The translations under genes were made by a program, and so were the position numbers. From Octopus sinensis (taxonomy: Eukaryota): a stretch of 64,000 nucleotides of DNA. The notes below the pieces were generated by a model that did not search any database, had not been told where the DNA came from, and saw nothing but the letters and a program-made list of their open reading frames with translations. The stretch lies in assembly GCF_006345805.1 (NCBI RefSeq), contig NC_043010.1, positions 4,526,001 through 4,590,000 on the forward strand. The letters are read 5' to 3'. This document shows, piece after piece, positions 37,621 through 52,111 of the stretch; within the stretch, counting starts at the first letter, position 1; every line of letters starts with the position of its first letter.

Positions 37621-38131
37621 CTAACTTTAGGTTAGGAAAGTAAATAATAATGCCAATATATTTGCTATTTCATGTTTTCAATATTATTTTCCCTGCTATC
37701 TATTTACATATAGACTTACACAGATGAGTTAACATTCAAACTGGTTAACCTACTGACCTGAATATTCAGTTCAATATATTCTGAGTTATATATATATATA
37801 TATTTCATTTACCATGTTTAGTAATAGAATTCTTTGAAAATTAATATAATTTTCAGGAACATAAATTGAAAGTAGAGTATAAATTAAGTCAAAACACCAA
37901 TGTTTTCATTTATGTTCTATAATTTTTTCTTCTGTGAATTTGGAAAATATTTTCAAAGGATTGAGATTTCTATTTCATTTAATCTAAATAGTGTGGATGA
38001 GTTTGGGCTGTAAATAGTGACAGTCAGATGAAGAACTACAAGTAGAGAGAATGTGTAGAAGTTGAGAGATGCTGGCTGCATCAGTGCTAACTCCTGAATA
38101 ATACTAGCAAAGGCTCATACAGTCACTGATA

Positions 38132-38163
<32 letters not shown>

Positions 38164-38564
38164 ATTTGATAATGGTAATAATTACCAGCATCTTTGCCAT
38201 TGTTTTAATCCCAGATTTTTCATATTGGCATTAGTTGTGCTTCAAGACTTGTCATTCAGCTTCTGTAGCCTTTTATATTATGCATTTGCTGGTGAACTAA
38301 GATAGGGTAAAATACAAAAACCAAGATAAATGGTGGTGGTCACCGTTGGCAACAATTTGTCAAAAGCAGAATTTAGTAAATACAAGTGGTTTCAGGGATG
38401 AAGAACACACTGTTTTGGACCCTTGTTGTCCTTCATATGAAATTGCAGAAACTTTAACAGGGTTCTTGGGGCACAATACATTTAGAATAATAGAGAATTA
38501 TAGATAACTTTTGTAGAGCAGAAAAATGGCATGGTTTTCATATACATTATAGTAATTCTCTCTC

Positions 38565-38618
<54 letters not shown>

Positions 38619-38690
38619 TATATATATATCATCATCATCATCATCATCATCGTTTAACATCCGTTCTCCATGCTAGCATGGGTTGGACTT

Positions 38691-38762
<72 letters not shown>

Positions 38763-40234
38763 CACACACACACACACATTGAGAGAGACAGAGAGAATCC
38801 TCATGGGTATATAGAAACCATGGTGTTTTTCTGTTCTGCAGAAGTTGTATAATGCAGATAAATTGAATTACTCTGTCTCTTTCTCATGACTCTAATTTGA
38901 CAGAGGTATTTCTCTTCAGTAAAAATTAAGTAATAAGATTCTTATTTCTGAGCTTTTCACTTTTTAGAAAAAAATATAGCTCCACTTTTTTTTTTTATTC
39001 TGTTTATTTTTATTTATTTCTTCCCATGAAATCAATCAATCAATCAATCAATGATCAATAATATCAGCCATTACTTTTCCATTGCTGAGTTGTATTTTGT
39101 ATTTCTTAATAAGTTTTAGTTCTTGAATTTTCAATATCCAATTTTGTCAAATCTATCCAATCCATCCTGCAATTTTGTTCAATGTCAACCTTGCTTTCTG
39201 TTATAGTCTCTTGGAATCCAATCTGTTAGCTTTCATTTGCATATACCATCAAACATCCATTTCAGTGCTTTTATAAAGTCCAGAATGTCATTTAGTTTTG
39301 ATTTCTTTTCTCGAATCCATTTAATTCTTTTCATTGTTCTTCCATAAAAAAACCCTCTCTACTTCTCAATATCTATAATTCTTTATAGGCCGATTATGAA
39401 GGCAGCAAGTTGGCAAAGTTCTAAGAATGTTGGATAAAATGCTTTGTGGAATTTTGCCAACTCTGAGTTCAAATCCTGCTGAAGTCATCTTTGCTCTTGA
39501 TTCTGTTAGGCTGGTAAAAATGTACCAATTCAGGACAGTGGGATGTTAGAAGTATAAGAGAGGTGGCTTAGATGCCTTGCAGTATCTGTTTCAATTCTAA
39601 GGCAGCAAGCTGGCAGAATCATTAGCACACCTGGCAAAATGCTTAGTGGGATTTCATCCATCTTTAGATTCTGAGTTCAAAGTCTACTGTGGTTGACTTT
39701 GCCTTTCCTTCTTTCAAGGTCGATAAAATAAGTGCCAGTCGAACACTGGGATCGATATAATTGACTTATCCACTTTGCTGAACTTACTGGCCTTGTGCCA
39801 AAATTTGAAACTAATATCTGTTCCAGTTCTTTTTATTCTGCAATGACACTAATACCAAACTATATCCATCCAATTTAGAAGCCTTTCCATTGGATAGACA
39901 ACAGTGTCATAGAGAGAGAGAGAGAGAGAGGACTTACATGCATGAACAACAGGTAGTCTTCCTCTGAAATATATCATATATAGGCCTACACATACATGTA
40001 CAAATATATAAACAATATTCACTGATGGGATTCTATGCAACGAATACAAGCGTTTCGGCTTCTCAGAGCTGCCTCATCTTGTGCCACCTCAATTCAGGTG
40101 ATGGTTTGACCCTTTCAAATAGAGACCTCCCCACCCCCACTAACAACCACCATTACTGACTTTCCCTTTCTAAAATGTCGTCCTTCTAGAATTCTGTCAT
40201 TGCCTATATTTTTTTTAATATATTTATTTATTTA

Positions 40235-40729
40235 CCGTAAATCCTCGAGTATAATCCGCATTTTTTTCCCAAAATTTAAAGGCCAAAATCCCTATTGTGT
40301 ATTATATACGAGGTTAAAAATGAAAATTATTTTCTAAGCACTGTCCGAGTCTCTATTTGCTATCCAGCAATGTTTATTCAGATGCATTTTGTGATGTCGG
40401 GCGCGAAAATACCTTAAGCTAAGCCTGAAAGCAATGAAGTCATAAAAGAATCATCAATAACTTGCAGTAAGCAACATTTATTAAAAGTTATTACTGTTAT
40501 TTCTTTATTTTCTGCAAACAAAATACACAAAAATGCTACACGTTTGCATTATGTTATATATATACAATAATAATAAAGGACGTTACAGTATACACTTTTA
40601 TGAACCAAGGACGTTATATAGAGAAGGGGTGCGAATTATAATCAAGATTTAGGTTTTGACAGCGGTACAGCCCCCTAAAAATTCCCTGCATATTATACTC
40701 AAGGGTGGACTATACTCGAGGATTTACGG
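40235..40729. mobile_element. Tc1/mariner-superfamily (pogo/Tc2-type) MITE
   Basis: TIR CCGTAAATCCTCGAGTATA at both ends, TA duplication at 40233-34 and 40730-31, subterminal TATTATAC repeats. Confidence 0.9.
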
Positions 40730-40858
40730 TACTATTATTTGTTTATTTTTCCTGAAGTCAACAGACTTGCAGTTATCCAAGAACATATCCCACATGAGTT
40801 TCATCTGTCTTTAAAAAAATGATCTTTCCCTAAGACAAAACTACTCAAAAAGTATAGG

Positions 40859-41013
40859 GGCAGGCATGGCTGTGTAGTAAGAAATTTGCTTCTTAACCAC
40901 ATGATTCCATGTTCAGTCCCACTGCATGGCACTAGGGTAAGAATCTTCTACTATAACTCTGGGCTGACCAAAACCTTGGGAGTGAACTTGGTAGTTGAGA
41001 TCTGAAAGGAGCT

Positions 41014-41045
<32 letters not shown>

Positions 41046-41276
41046 TGTGTGTGAATGTGTGTGCATATTGATGTGTCTTTGCTTATGTGTTTGTGCTTGT
41101 ACCCCACCACAGCCTAACAACTGGTGTTGGTGTGTTTACATCCCATAGCTTGGCAGTTCAGCAAAAGAGGCCGATAAGTGCCAGACTTTACAAAAAAAAA
41201 AAGAAAAAAGGCGGTGCCCCGGCATGGACACAGCTCGTGCCCAAGCATGGCCGCAGTCTAATGACTGAAACAAGTT
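40859..41276 (+). mobile_element. Older SINE family A
   Basis: Diverged head GGCATGGCTGTGTAGTAAG, tail TGACTGAAACAAGT. Confidence 0.8.
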
Positions 41277-41449
41277 AAAGTTAAAAAATAAAAAAATAAA
41301 AAAATATAAAAATAAGGAACAGTCATTCAAAAATAGGAGACGATTAAGTTTCATTATTGATCTCTATTTTATGATTATCTATGTACCTGTTGGTTTGACC
41401 TCGCTAATAAAGATTGAGCTGAAATTGGTTTTACCTTATAAATTGCCAA

Positions 41450-41485
<36 letters not shown>

Positions 41486-41520
41486 ATTTTTATATTTACT
41501 ACTACTACTACTACTACTAC

Positions 41521-41560
<40 letters not shown>

Positions 41561-41713
41561 CATAATAATAATCATCATCATCATCATCATCATCATCATT
41601 TAACGTCCGCTTTCCATGCTAGCATGGGTTGGACGGTTCAGCTGGGGTCTGGGGAGCCCGAAAGCTGCACCAGGCCAGTCAGATCTGGCAGTAATAATAA
41701 TAATAATAATACA

Positions 41714-41797
<84 letters not shown>

Positions 41798-42256
41798 CAC
41801 TGAAAGTACATCTCATTGCAAAACTCATATCTTGAAAGGATCTGAAGTCAACAAAATATCTCATCTGTTAAACTACTTCTTAACTAAGTGTGAAAGTACA
41901 ATTCTAGAAAATCTATAAAAATTCTTGCTAGATTTTACGAAACAATAAATTCTATCTGCTGGGAGCCACCAACCAGTTTGATATTATTTCTGATACTAAT
42001 ACATCACAAAAGCAACACCACAACTAGAAACTATTCAATATTACTTTATTCCAATACTTTTATTTTCCATTTTTATCATTTTCTTAATTTACCTTATTTA
42101 CTTATAGTGTCAATGAAAGTCATCTTGTCATAATTTGGTCTCTGTTAACCCTTTCATATCAATCATCTAAGATTGTACCTAGTTTTTAGTCTACAAAACT
42201 TCCTGTTTTATACTGTTTATATATTTGAATTTAAAAAAACCTTCCAATTTAACCTT

Positions 42257-42632
42257 TGGTTGGCATCCTTTTTGTCTCGGGAGACAATGGAGTTGCGCAT
42301 AAAGTAGTCTAGTCCGGCTTTTACATTTATATGTCCTGATACATTTCCTGCTGTGGCTGTGTAGTCCTATCCTGGACAAACACTCCCTCTGGCAGGTACC
42401 GCAAATATAGCGAAGACTGTTCCTGGCTGGTTGTAATGCCATAGTTTCTTGTTGACGTCTTTTCTTGTCTTTCCATTTCTCCTCTCTCTCTCTGTCACTC
42501 CTTTGTATTCCCTCTCTTACGGTATGTCGCCAGTCTCCACGGTTGCCGGCAACTGCCTCCCAACTGCTAATATTGATGTTGCAGGCCTTCATGTCCCTTT
42601 TGCAAACATCCTTGTAACGTAAGAGCGGTCTA
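42257..42632 (-). mobile_element. 5'-truncated RTE-clade LINE 3' end
   Basis: RPLLRYKDVCKRDMKACNINISSWEAVAGNRGDWR...YICGTCQRECLSRIGLHSHSRKC (C-terminal CCHC finger), short 3' UTR and (CCAA) tail. Confidence 0.85.
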
Positions 42633-43307
42633 TTGTGCAGGAACTGAGTACTTGGTCCTGTGCATATGCACTTGTGATGGGGGAGCTGAGATGATCAATT
42701 TTTGATAATGTGGTACTTTCCGAAATTTTCTGCATTTCATACGATATAGAGTGCTCATTTTATTTTTACTTGCCAACAGAAAGAAGTCGGAAGAATTGAT
42801 TTGTGTAGCATTAACATGCTACATCAGCGGTAAAAATCTAATCAGTGCATTGAAGGTTAATTTTAAGTAAGAAGCTTTTGTTGTGCTGTGTTCCAAACAT
42901 TGGAAATAAAAAGGAAAAACTTTGTTCTTTTACTAAATCCTATCAGCTCCTTAATTATTTTCAAAATGAATTGGAAACTGTAAGCTGTAGAGTGTTTAAA
43001 AGAATAACGAAGTCCCTGGCTTGATTTCAATAAATTTTCTGGAACAACTTTAATCAGGAAAGGCATGAACATCACTCTGGCTCAATTTCAAACAATATTC
43101 CAAAACAATTTCGTTCAGGAATGGTATGAACATCACACTTTTACACCTTATATTTGCATTTACTTCTACCTGTATATTTCTCTGAGACTTTATGTCAATG
43201 TATTATTTATTTATAATCATGCATACCTTAAATTCAACCCTTTCAGAGCTGTCTGCCGTTAACATGCTATCTTCTTCAGCTCCTTCCTCTCTCTCTCTCT
43301 CTCATTT

Positions 43308-43339
<32 letters not shown>

Positions 43340-43967
43340 CCTCTCTTGTTATTGTGCTCATCCCTAATGACTATTGATTTATTCTCCAATTTTTTTTTTT
43401 TTTTTTTGCAAACATCTGGGTGTTAAATATTTTATTCTTGCATGATGGTCATTAGCAATAATTGTTGTGACTGAATGGTCAAAGTGATTGCCTCTTCCAA
43501 CTAACTTAACCATGCTATCACATTTGTGAACTAGAAAATTGGTTTTGCTGTCATTAATCATATTCTATTTCAATTCTTCATCATTGCTTTCTGTACACCT
43601 CTTAGCATATTTTGTAATTTAGCGAGCTACTGGAACGCCAGTGAAAGACTTCCTCTTCATGAAGTGTACCTTGAGAAAATTATTCTGGACAGACTAACCC
43701 TCTCCATACTAAAAGAGCACGATGATTTATGTACATCTGTTTTCTTACTTATGCAATGCCACACTTGTTTAAAGTAATAAATTGCACAGCTTACATGGTT
43801 TTAAAACTGGAACTGGAAGCACTAAGAGGAATATCTGGTGATGGACATGGCACAACACTTAAAATAAATTGTTACACAATTTGTAAGCTTTTATTAGTGT
43901 TGTACTAATAATGTATCATCATTATCATTGCCACTGACACCACCACAACCACCACCACTATCATCAC

Positions 43968-44190
43968 CTATTTCTTTATTACCCACAAGGGGCTAAACAC
44001 AGAGGGGACAAACTAGGACAGACATAGGTATTAAGTCGATTACATCGACCCCAGTGCGTAACTGGTACTCAATTTATCGACCCCTAAAGGATGAAAGGCA
44101 AAGTTGACCTCGGCTGAATTTGAACTCACAACGTAACGGCAGACGAAATACCGCTAAGAATTTCGCCCGGCGTGCTAACGTTTCTGCCAC
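43968..44190 (-). mobile_element. SINE family B
   Basis: Reverse complement of the family B sequence. Confidence 0.85.
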
Positions 44191-45039
44191 CATCAACCAC
44201 CAAACAGCCACCACTGCCACCAACACAGCCACTGTTGCCACCATCACAGCTGTGCAGCCACCACCACATTTACCACCACTGCTGCTGCTGCCATATATGT
44301 GTGTGTGTGTGTGGTGTGTGTGCATGTGGGTGTATATAATTATACATATACATATATATATATATGCACACACACATGTATATATATATCATTATATTAA
44401 TCATAATTTAATATCCGTTGTCCATGCTGTCATGGGTTGGATGGTTTGATCATGGCTGGTAAGCTGGAAGGCTGTACCAGACTCCTGTCTGATTTGGCAT
44501 GGTTTTCTACTGTTGGATGCCCAGTAATCGCAGAATTACTTATTTTTGCTGAGTGAACTGAAGCAATGTGAAACGAAGTGTTTTGTTCAAGAACACAATG
44601 TGTTACCAAATCCAGGAATTGAAACTACAATCATAGGATCATGAGCCCAGCACACTAACCACTAAGCCATGTGCCTCCAAGATGAAATAAAGTACCAGTT
44701 AAGTACCAGGACCAATGTAATTGAAAGGCTCTCTCTCTCTCTCCTCAGAATTGCTGGCATTGAATGCCGCAGTGAACTGGTATTCCATTCTGGGGAAATG
44801 TGATATTGGTAATTTTTATGTCATGAAAACTGTGTAACCAGCCTTATGTCTCCTGTGGCTCAAGAAAAATAAAGTAACAAATAAAATTTTCTACATGAAG
44901 ACACTGTATGAATATTTCATGGTAGTCAGTAGCAACAAAGGGGTTAATCTATTCCAATACAACATAGCTACAGGCTGCCCTGTGGCAAGGCATAGCACCC
45001 ATTTATCTGCCCTGCCAGCGATACCATGTGGTCATGAAA

Positions 45040-45200
45040 CGGCAGCACGATGGATTATGAAGAGGTAGTGGAAGAGCTCAACTGAGCCAACAGTGCTTCT
45101 TACATTGCTGCTGAGCAGAGGATTCCAAGATCAACGGTCAGGATCACCAAGCTCTATCAAGAGAGTAACTGCAATACATCCATAGTGGCAGCGTCCATGG
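45040..45200 (+). mobile_element. Possible Tc1-like transposase N-terminal HTH remnant
   Basis: IAAEQRIPRSTVRITKLYQE resembles IA..L.I.RSTV..I...Y of Tc1 DNA-binding domains; short and interrupted. Confidence 0.35.
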
Positions 45201-46665
45201 GTGTGTAATCAGCTAATTAGAGATTCATTATGACCAAAGCTGCTAATTCAAATTCATAATAATAGAATTGGATTGTGACAGAAAGTCATGGGAATCTACT
45301 GAAGCAGTGAGAAAAGTAGAAAACTGACAGTACCCTTTGAGTTCCTGAGAGTCTTTTGGGTCTTTAGAATGTTAGATAGATTACCTCATAATATATATAT
45401 ATACTCAACACTCAGAGTTCAAATCCCTCCCCGAGGTCAACTTTTCCATTTTAGAGGTCAATAAAAAGTTACAATCCAAGGCAGTGAACTGGAAGATTAG
45501 TAAAAAGTTTCTAAAATATGCCTTGCAGTTATTTGCTCTGAGTTCAAATCCTACCATAGTTGTAAAGATGAAAGAAGGTCCTTTGGGACCCCAATAGCTT
45601 TTGTGTAATTTCAACCCTGCCGACCCATGTTTGGTTAAATAAATGAAGTACACTTAGTTGCAAGCATTTGAGCCAAATAAATTATTTGAAAACACTCTCC
45701 ACCCATCTCCTAATAGTTCTGAAGGCCCTTGGAAGGGTACTGCATGTGCACATCCTTCCCTCTTGCCTGAAAGATAGCAAGAAATACTGTAATGTTAGCA
45801 ATATGAAAAATTAACTTTACTAGTGCAAATAGCCACTACCACCACCACCATACGAATTACATTTTTGAGAAGAGAATAATTAATTGTGATGAACTTAATT
45901 TTTGATTAGTATATAAATTTATAGAATCCAGAAAGAGGAAATGCAAAGTTGACCTTGGCAGTGGTCTGCCAATTTTGCTATGACACTTTCTCATACCTTT
46001 TCCCTTATAATATAGCAGACACAGTCACCAGGCTATAAAGGCTAATACTCAGATAATTTCTATTATCCTTGCAAATTTTATCTCTCATCTATCCACAAAG
46101 TAACAAAAAATAACGATAAAAATAAGCAAGGAAGTTTTATGTAATAGACTATACATTAAATAGTACAGTGCCCCAGTGTGGGCATAGACCAAAAACTGAA
46201 GCCAGTAAAAGAATACAATAAAACAATACATGTAAACACACACACACACACACACATACACACATAGACGCACAAACACACTTACATACACACACATCCA
46301 AATATAACATATCTATATGTATATATATGTATGTATATGCATCTATGTGTGTCTCTGTCTCTGTTTGTCTGTCTGTCTGTCTCCCTCTCTCTGTCTCTGT
46401 CTGTCTGTCTGTCTCTCTGTCTCAGTCTATCTGTCTCTCTATCATCAGTAAATTACAAATCTAAAAGAGGAGCACACTCTAAGTTATAGAGCAGCAGAGT
46501 ATATAGATAAAGATAGATATGGCTGGTCTATGGGGTTAGCCTGGGTTTCACATCCATAAAGCACTTAGGTTTACAGCTTCAGACCCATTGGCCTACACAC
46601 TTAAGATCTGAAGAAATGTTGTAAAGCTAAGCACTTTATGGATGCACATAGACCTGCCATGTCTA

Positions 46666-46748
<83 letters not shown>

Positions 46749-46755
46749 TTATCTA

Positions 46756-46827
<72 letters not shown>

Positions 46828-47386
46828 TATCTATCTATCTATCTATATATATATATATATCATCATCATCATCATCATCATCGTTTAACGTCCGTTTTCC
46901 GTGCTAGCACGGGTTGGACGGTTCGACCGGGGTCTGGGAAGCCAGGAGGCTGCACCAGGCTCCAATCTTGATCTGGCAGTGTTTCTACAGCTGGATGCCC
47001 TTCCTAATGCCAACCACTCTGTGAGTGTAGTGGGTGCTTTTTACATGCCAGGGGAGTCTGGCAGCGGCCACGATTGGTTGGTGCTTTTTACATGCCACCA
47101 GCACGGAAGCCAGTCAAGGCGGTGCTGGCATTTATATATATATACACTCGCAGAGTGGTTGGCATTAGGAAGGGCATCCAGCCGTAGAAACACTGCCAGA
47201 TCAGACTGGGCCTGATGCAGCCTTCTGGCTTCACAGACCCCAGTTGAACCGTCCAACCCATGGTAGCATGGAAAACGGACGCTAAATGATGATGATGATG
47301 ATGATGATACACATATATAAAACACACATGCACACACATATAAGTATATTTGAACATGTATTGTGTGTGTATACATATGTATATAC

Positions 47387-47422
<36 letters not shown>

Positions 47423-48002
47423 GATGATGATATTGTATATATATATTGTGTGTATATATGTATATATATAGATATTATATATACAATTATATATGTTTAT
47501 ATATACACATAGAGAGAGAGAGACAGACAGACAGACAGAGAGTTATGTGTTTGGCTCTGTGTATTAAGATAGTGAAAATAGCTTTACACATCAATTAGAA
47601 ATGAAAGCTAAAAGAAAATTCACATTCAGTGAGAAATAGATAGACATTTCTAATATAATGCATTAAGGCTAACTTACTTTAAAAAGAAAAAGAAGAAAAA
47701 TTCAAGATTTTGTCCATAAATTTATTCAGGGAAGATATCTAATAAAAAGAGAAGCAACGAAAGAGCGAAGTGATTTTATTTCAGAAATAGTCAGCAGATA
47801 AAGAGCTTTCCATATTTTGTGAGTTCGGTTGATTAAAGAGAAAAGTAAAAAAACAAAAAACAAAGTTCTCTAAACAATTTCTTTGTGAAAATATAGAAAA
47901 AAAAAGATCTACGTATATGAGTGCTTGTCAATGTGCGCATGTATTTTACTAACACTAGCTTATGCAGAAATTTGTATACATACCTACCAATGTTTATATA
48001 TG

Positions 48003-48065
<63 letters not shown>

Positions 48066-48121
48066 GTATATATATATATGTATATATATATACATATATA
48101 TGTACATACATACATGAATAC

Positions 48122-48157
<36 letters not shown>

Positions 48158-49299
48158 TACTAGATATATGTAGTGGGTGATGAATATATTGGCCTTTAAG
48201 CTATAGAAATTTTTTCTCCCCACCCTTTTTTTTCTTCTTTTTCCGTCTCTTGAATCTTTTTCCATACTAGGCTGAGAAGTTGGCTGATGAAGTCTTTCAA
48301 ATGGCGATTTCATTTGAATTTCCATGACAATCCTTGGTGAGGTTCTAAAGTCGATTCTTTCTTCTAAATAGATATTACCAGGCCTTCTCTATAGACAATT
48401 GAGAATGTTTTCCTTCATCAATACAAAATAATGGACCCATAGAACAAGTACGAATGGCTTTTGTGTATGTAATTGCATGAAATATTTTCCTTCTTTTCAT
48501 TGGAACATACAGGAAAGAAACCTTATTCATTTCTCCATTCTCGGTTGTACATTGAATATTATACTAAATAAGTATTTCTGATGGCTGCAAGAGGTGTTGT
48601 GTTTGTATATATTACACAAGTATATATACATATGATGGAATTGTATTTGCATGTGTGTAGCTACATACATACGTGAATGTATGTCATCTATATATATGTG
48701 TGTGTGTGTGTACATATATGTTTGTGTGTACAAATATATACACACACACACATTTCTGATTTATTTTGTGTATGTACTATATATAACATATAATGCATAT
48801 ATTATAATAGATATTCAATAATTTGTGTAAAATATATTGTACATTAAATGATATTGTTCAAACATATATACAAACACACACACACACATATATATATGCG
48901 TGTATTTATATATATACATATATGCATGTATAGACATTTGTCTTTTATATTAGATATTCCTTATATATACATATATATATATATATATTCAAGAAAATAC
49001 CAAAATATTTTATAATGTAAATCTTACAATATATAAATATGTATATAAAAATAATATACATATGCACATTCCACTCTGTCATTCTATCCACCAGACTCTC
49101 TTTCTTTGTCACTGCCTCTCTTTTTCCTTCTTTCTTTCCGTGTCTACCTCCATTTCTCTCTGTCTGTCTAATTGTCTCTCATTATACACTCACACACACA
49201 CACATGCATATATATGTATATATGTGTTATTTATACTTATGTTTGTACAAATTACATAAATACATACACATGCATGGATGTGTGCATGTGTATATATAT

Positions 49300-49330
<31 letters not shown>

Positions 49331-50068
49331 GTATATATATTATATATATATATGTATATATATGTATATATATATATATTATGCATCCATGTCTGTATGT
49401 TTGTATGTATGTATGCACACTCATACACATAAATGTTGATTTGCAAGAAATAGCATTGCTACAGTTTGCAGATTTTATGCAAGAAGTATTCCATTAAGTT
49501 GGGTATTATAAACAGCTAATAATAAAAGTAAATTTTATTTATTTTTACATTTATTTATAAATGAAGAGTAGAGTAAAGTCTAGAAGTTGTGAATGTGATT
49601 TGGACATGGCTCCAAAAGCTAAATGATGTTAGACATTAATATCATAATGCATAATATTATATCACTATTAGGTTGTAATGGTTTGCATGTGAAGCTGCTG
49701 AAAGAAATATTGTTACAATACTGGAATATCTTGTAATATTCTGTGATTAATGCATTGCAATTGTTAACTTAGCCATTCTCACTATGCTATTTGTACTATA
49801 AAAAGTAACAGTATTGTATTATATGCAAGTTAACAGTGTTGTACTGAACAAAGTTATAGTATAGTGATAGACATAAAAATATGAAGAGAGAAAAGTGCTC
49901 TGCTTGTTCATGTGTGTATTTTTCTAAGCTAATACCATCATCGTCATTGTTGTCATCATTTTATGTCTGCTCTCATACTGGCATGGGTAGGAAAATTTGA
50001 CTGGAATTAAAGGGTCAATGGATTATGTCTTCCTCCAAGGTCTCATATACAGGTACATTTATATATGA

Positions 50069-50105
<37 letters not shown>

Positions 50106-50117
<12 letters not shown>

Positions 50118-50407
50118 GGTGTATATATATATATATATATATATATTAATTTTGAAGGCGGCGAGCTGGCAGAAACTTTAGTACACCGGACAAAAGGCAT
50201 GGCCGTATTTCGTCTGCCATTACGTTCTGAGTTCAAATTCCGCCGAGGTCAACTTTGCCTTTCATCCTTTCGGGGTCGATTAAATAAGTGCCAGTTACGC
50301 ACTGGGGGTTGATATAATCGACTTAATCCGTTTGTCTGTCTTTGTTTGTCCTCCCTGTGTTTAGTCCCTTGTGGGTAGTAAAGAAATACATATATATATA
50401 TATGTGG

Positions 50408-50439
<32 letters not shown>

Positions 50440-51190
50440 TAATATTTTGCAGAAGCAACAGAGTGACTCAGGATCTGAGAGTTTTGTGCATTACCACTTA
50501 TCAAACTAATTGCAGGTCCTGTTATTAGTTTGATAAGTGCTGATGCATGAAACCCTTGGATCTTGAGGCAGTCTGTTGCTTCTGCTAGATATTAATAAAA
50601 ATATACATAGACTCAATTCGAATTCTACTTTTTCCTGTTTGCATCACCATATCATCATCATCATTGTCATCCTTATTCAATGCCTGCCTTCCATGCTAGG
50701 CATGGTGCAATGGTTCACAAGATCCGGCCAGGCAGAGGTCTGCACCAAACTTCAGTGACTGTTTGGCAGGATTTTTACAGCTGGATGCCCTTTCTAACAC
50801 CACCCACTCAGCAGAGTGGATTTAGTGCTTTTTACATGGCACAAGCACAGAATATAAATATATATATATATAATATATATATATATATTATATATATATA
50901 TATATATGTGTGTGTGTGGGTGTATATATATATATATATATATATATTAATTTTGAAGGCGGCGAGCTGGCAGAAACTTTAGTACACCGGACAAAAGGCA
51001 TGGCCGTATTTCGTCTGCCGTTACGTTCTGAGTTCAAATTCCGCCGAGGTCAACTTTGCCTTTCATCCTTTCGGGGTCGATTAAATAAGTGCCAGTTACG
51101 CACTGGGGGTTGATATAATCGACTTAATCCGTTTGTCTGTCTTTGTTTGTCCTCCCTGTGTTTAGTCCCTTGTGGGTAGTAAAGAAATAC

Positions 51191-51238
<48 letters not shown>

Positions 51239-51655
51239 TAATATTTTGCAGAAGCAACAGAGTGACTCAGGATCTGAGAGTTTTGTGCATTACCACTTAT
51301 CAAACTAATTGCAGGTCCTGTTATTAGTTTGATAAGTGCTGATGCATGAAACCCTTGGATCTTGAGGCAGTCTGTTGCTTCTGCTAGATATTAATAAAAA
51401 TATACATAGACTCAATTCGAATTCTACTTTTTCCTGTTTGCATCACCATATCATCATCATCATCATTGTCATCCTTATTCAATGCCTGCCTTCCATGCTA
51501 GGCATGGGTGCAATGGTTTCACAAGATCCGGCCAGGCAGAGGTCTGCACCAAACTTCAGTGACTGTTTGGCAGGATTTTTACAGCTGGATGCCCTTTCTA
51601 ACACCACCCACTCAGCAGAGTGGATTTAGTGCTTTTTACATGGCACAAGCACAGA

Positions 51656-51709
<54 letters not shown>

Positions 51710-51710
51710 T
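50106..51710. repeat. ~800-bp near-identical tandem duplication (SINE B, hairpin MITE, family E fragment)
   Basis: Offset 801-804 bp (TTTGAAGGCG at 50151 and 50952); junctions lie in (TA)n. Confidence 0.95.
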
Positions 51711-51819
51711 ATAATAAAGTTAATCCAAATATGAAAACACAAAGAGAAAACACAACAACGCGAGGACGTGGAACAAATATAGTATTATTGGATGCTCAGG
51801 AAGGAAAGGAAGAAGGAGG

Positions 51820-51854
51820 GTTTAACGTTTCGAGCAGAGCTCTTCGTCGGAAAC
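51820..51854 (-). ncRNA. Minimal type I hammerhead-like motif (CCGACGA variant) in a ~220-bp element at 51713-51935
   Basis: Minus strand GUUU-CCGACGA-A-GAGC-UCU-GCUC-GAAA-CG-UU-AAAC: stem I GUUU/AAAC, stem II GAGC/GCUC, palindromic stem III ACGU. Confidence 0.6.
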
Positions 51855-51932
51855 ATAGGAGAAGGAAAGATCCAGAGAAGGGAAGACAGAGGAAAAACAA
51901 TCGCCAACAGTACACACGCGGTCACATTTTGA

Positions 51933-51978
<46 letters not shown>

Positions 51979-51993
51979 ATAGATAGATAGATG

Positions 51994-52083
<90 letters not shown>

Positions 52084-52111
52084 CATGCATGTAAATATAA
52101 ATATATATATA

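Noticed and set aside
40035-40086. Minus-strand AAGATGA-GGC..GCC-GAAACG hammerhead-like motif
   Set aside because: The core CUGA is doubly mutated and stem I does not pair; at best a fossil.
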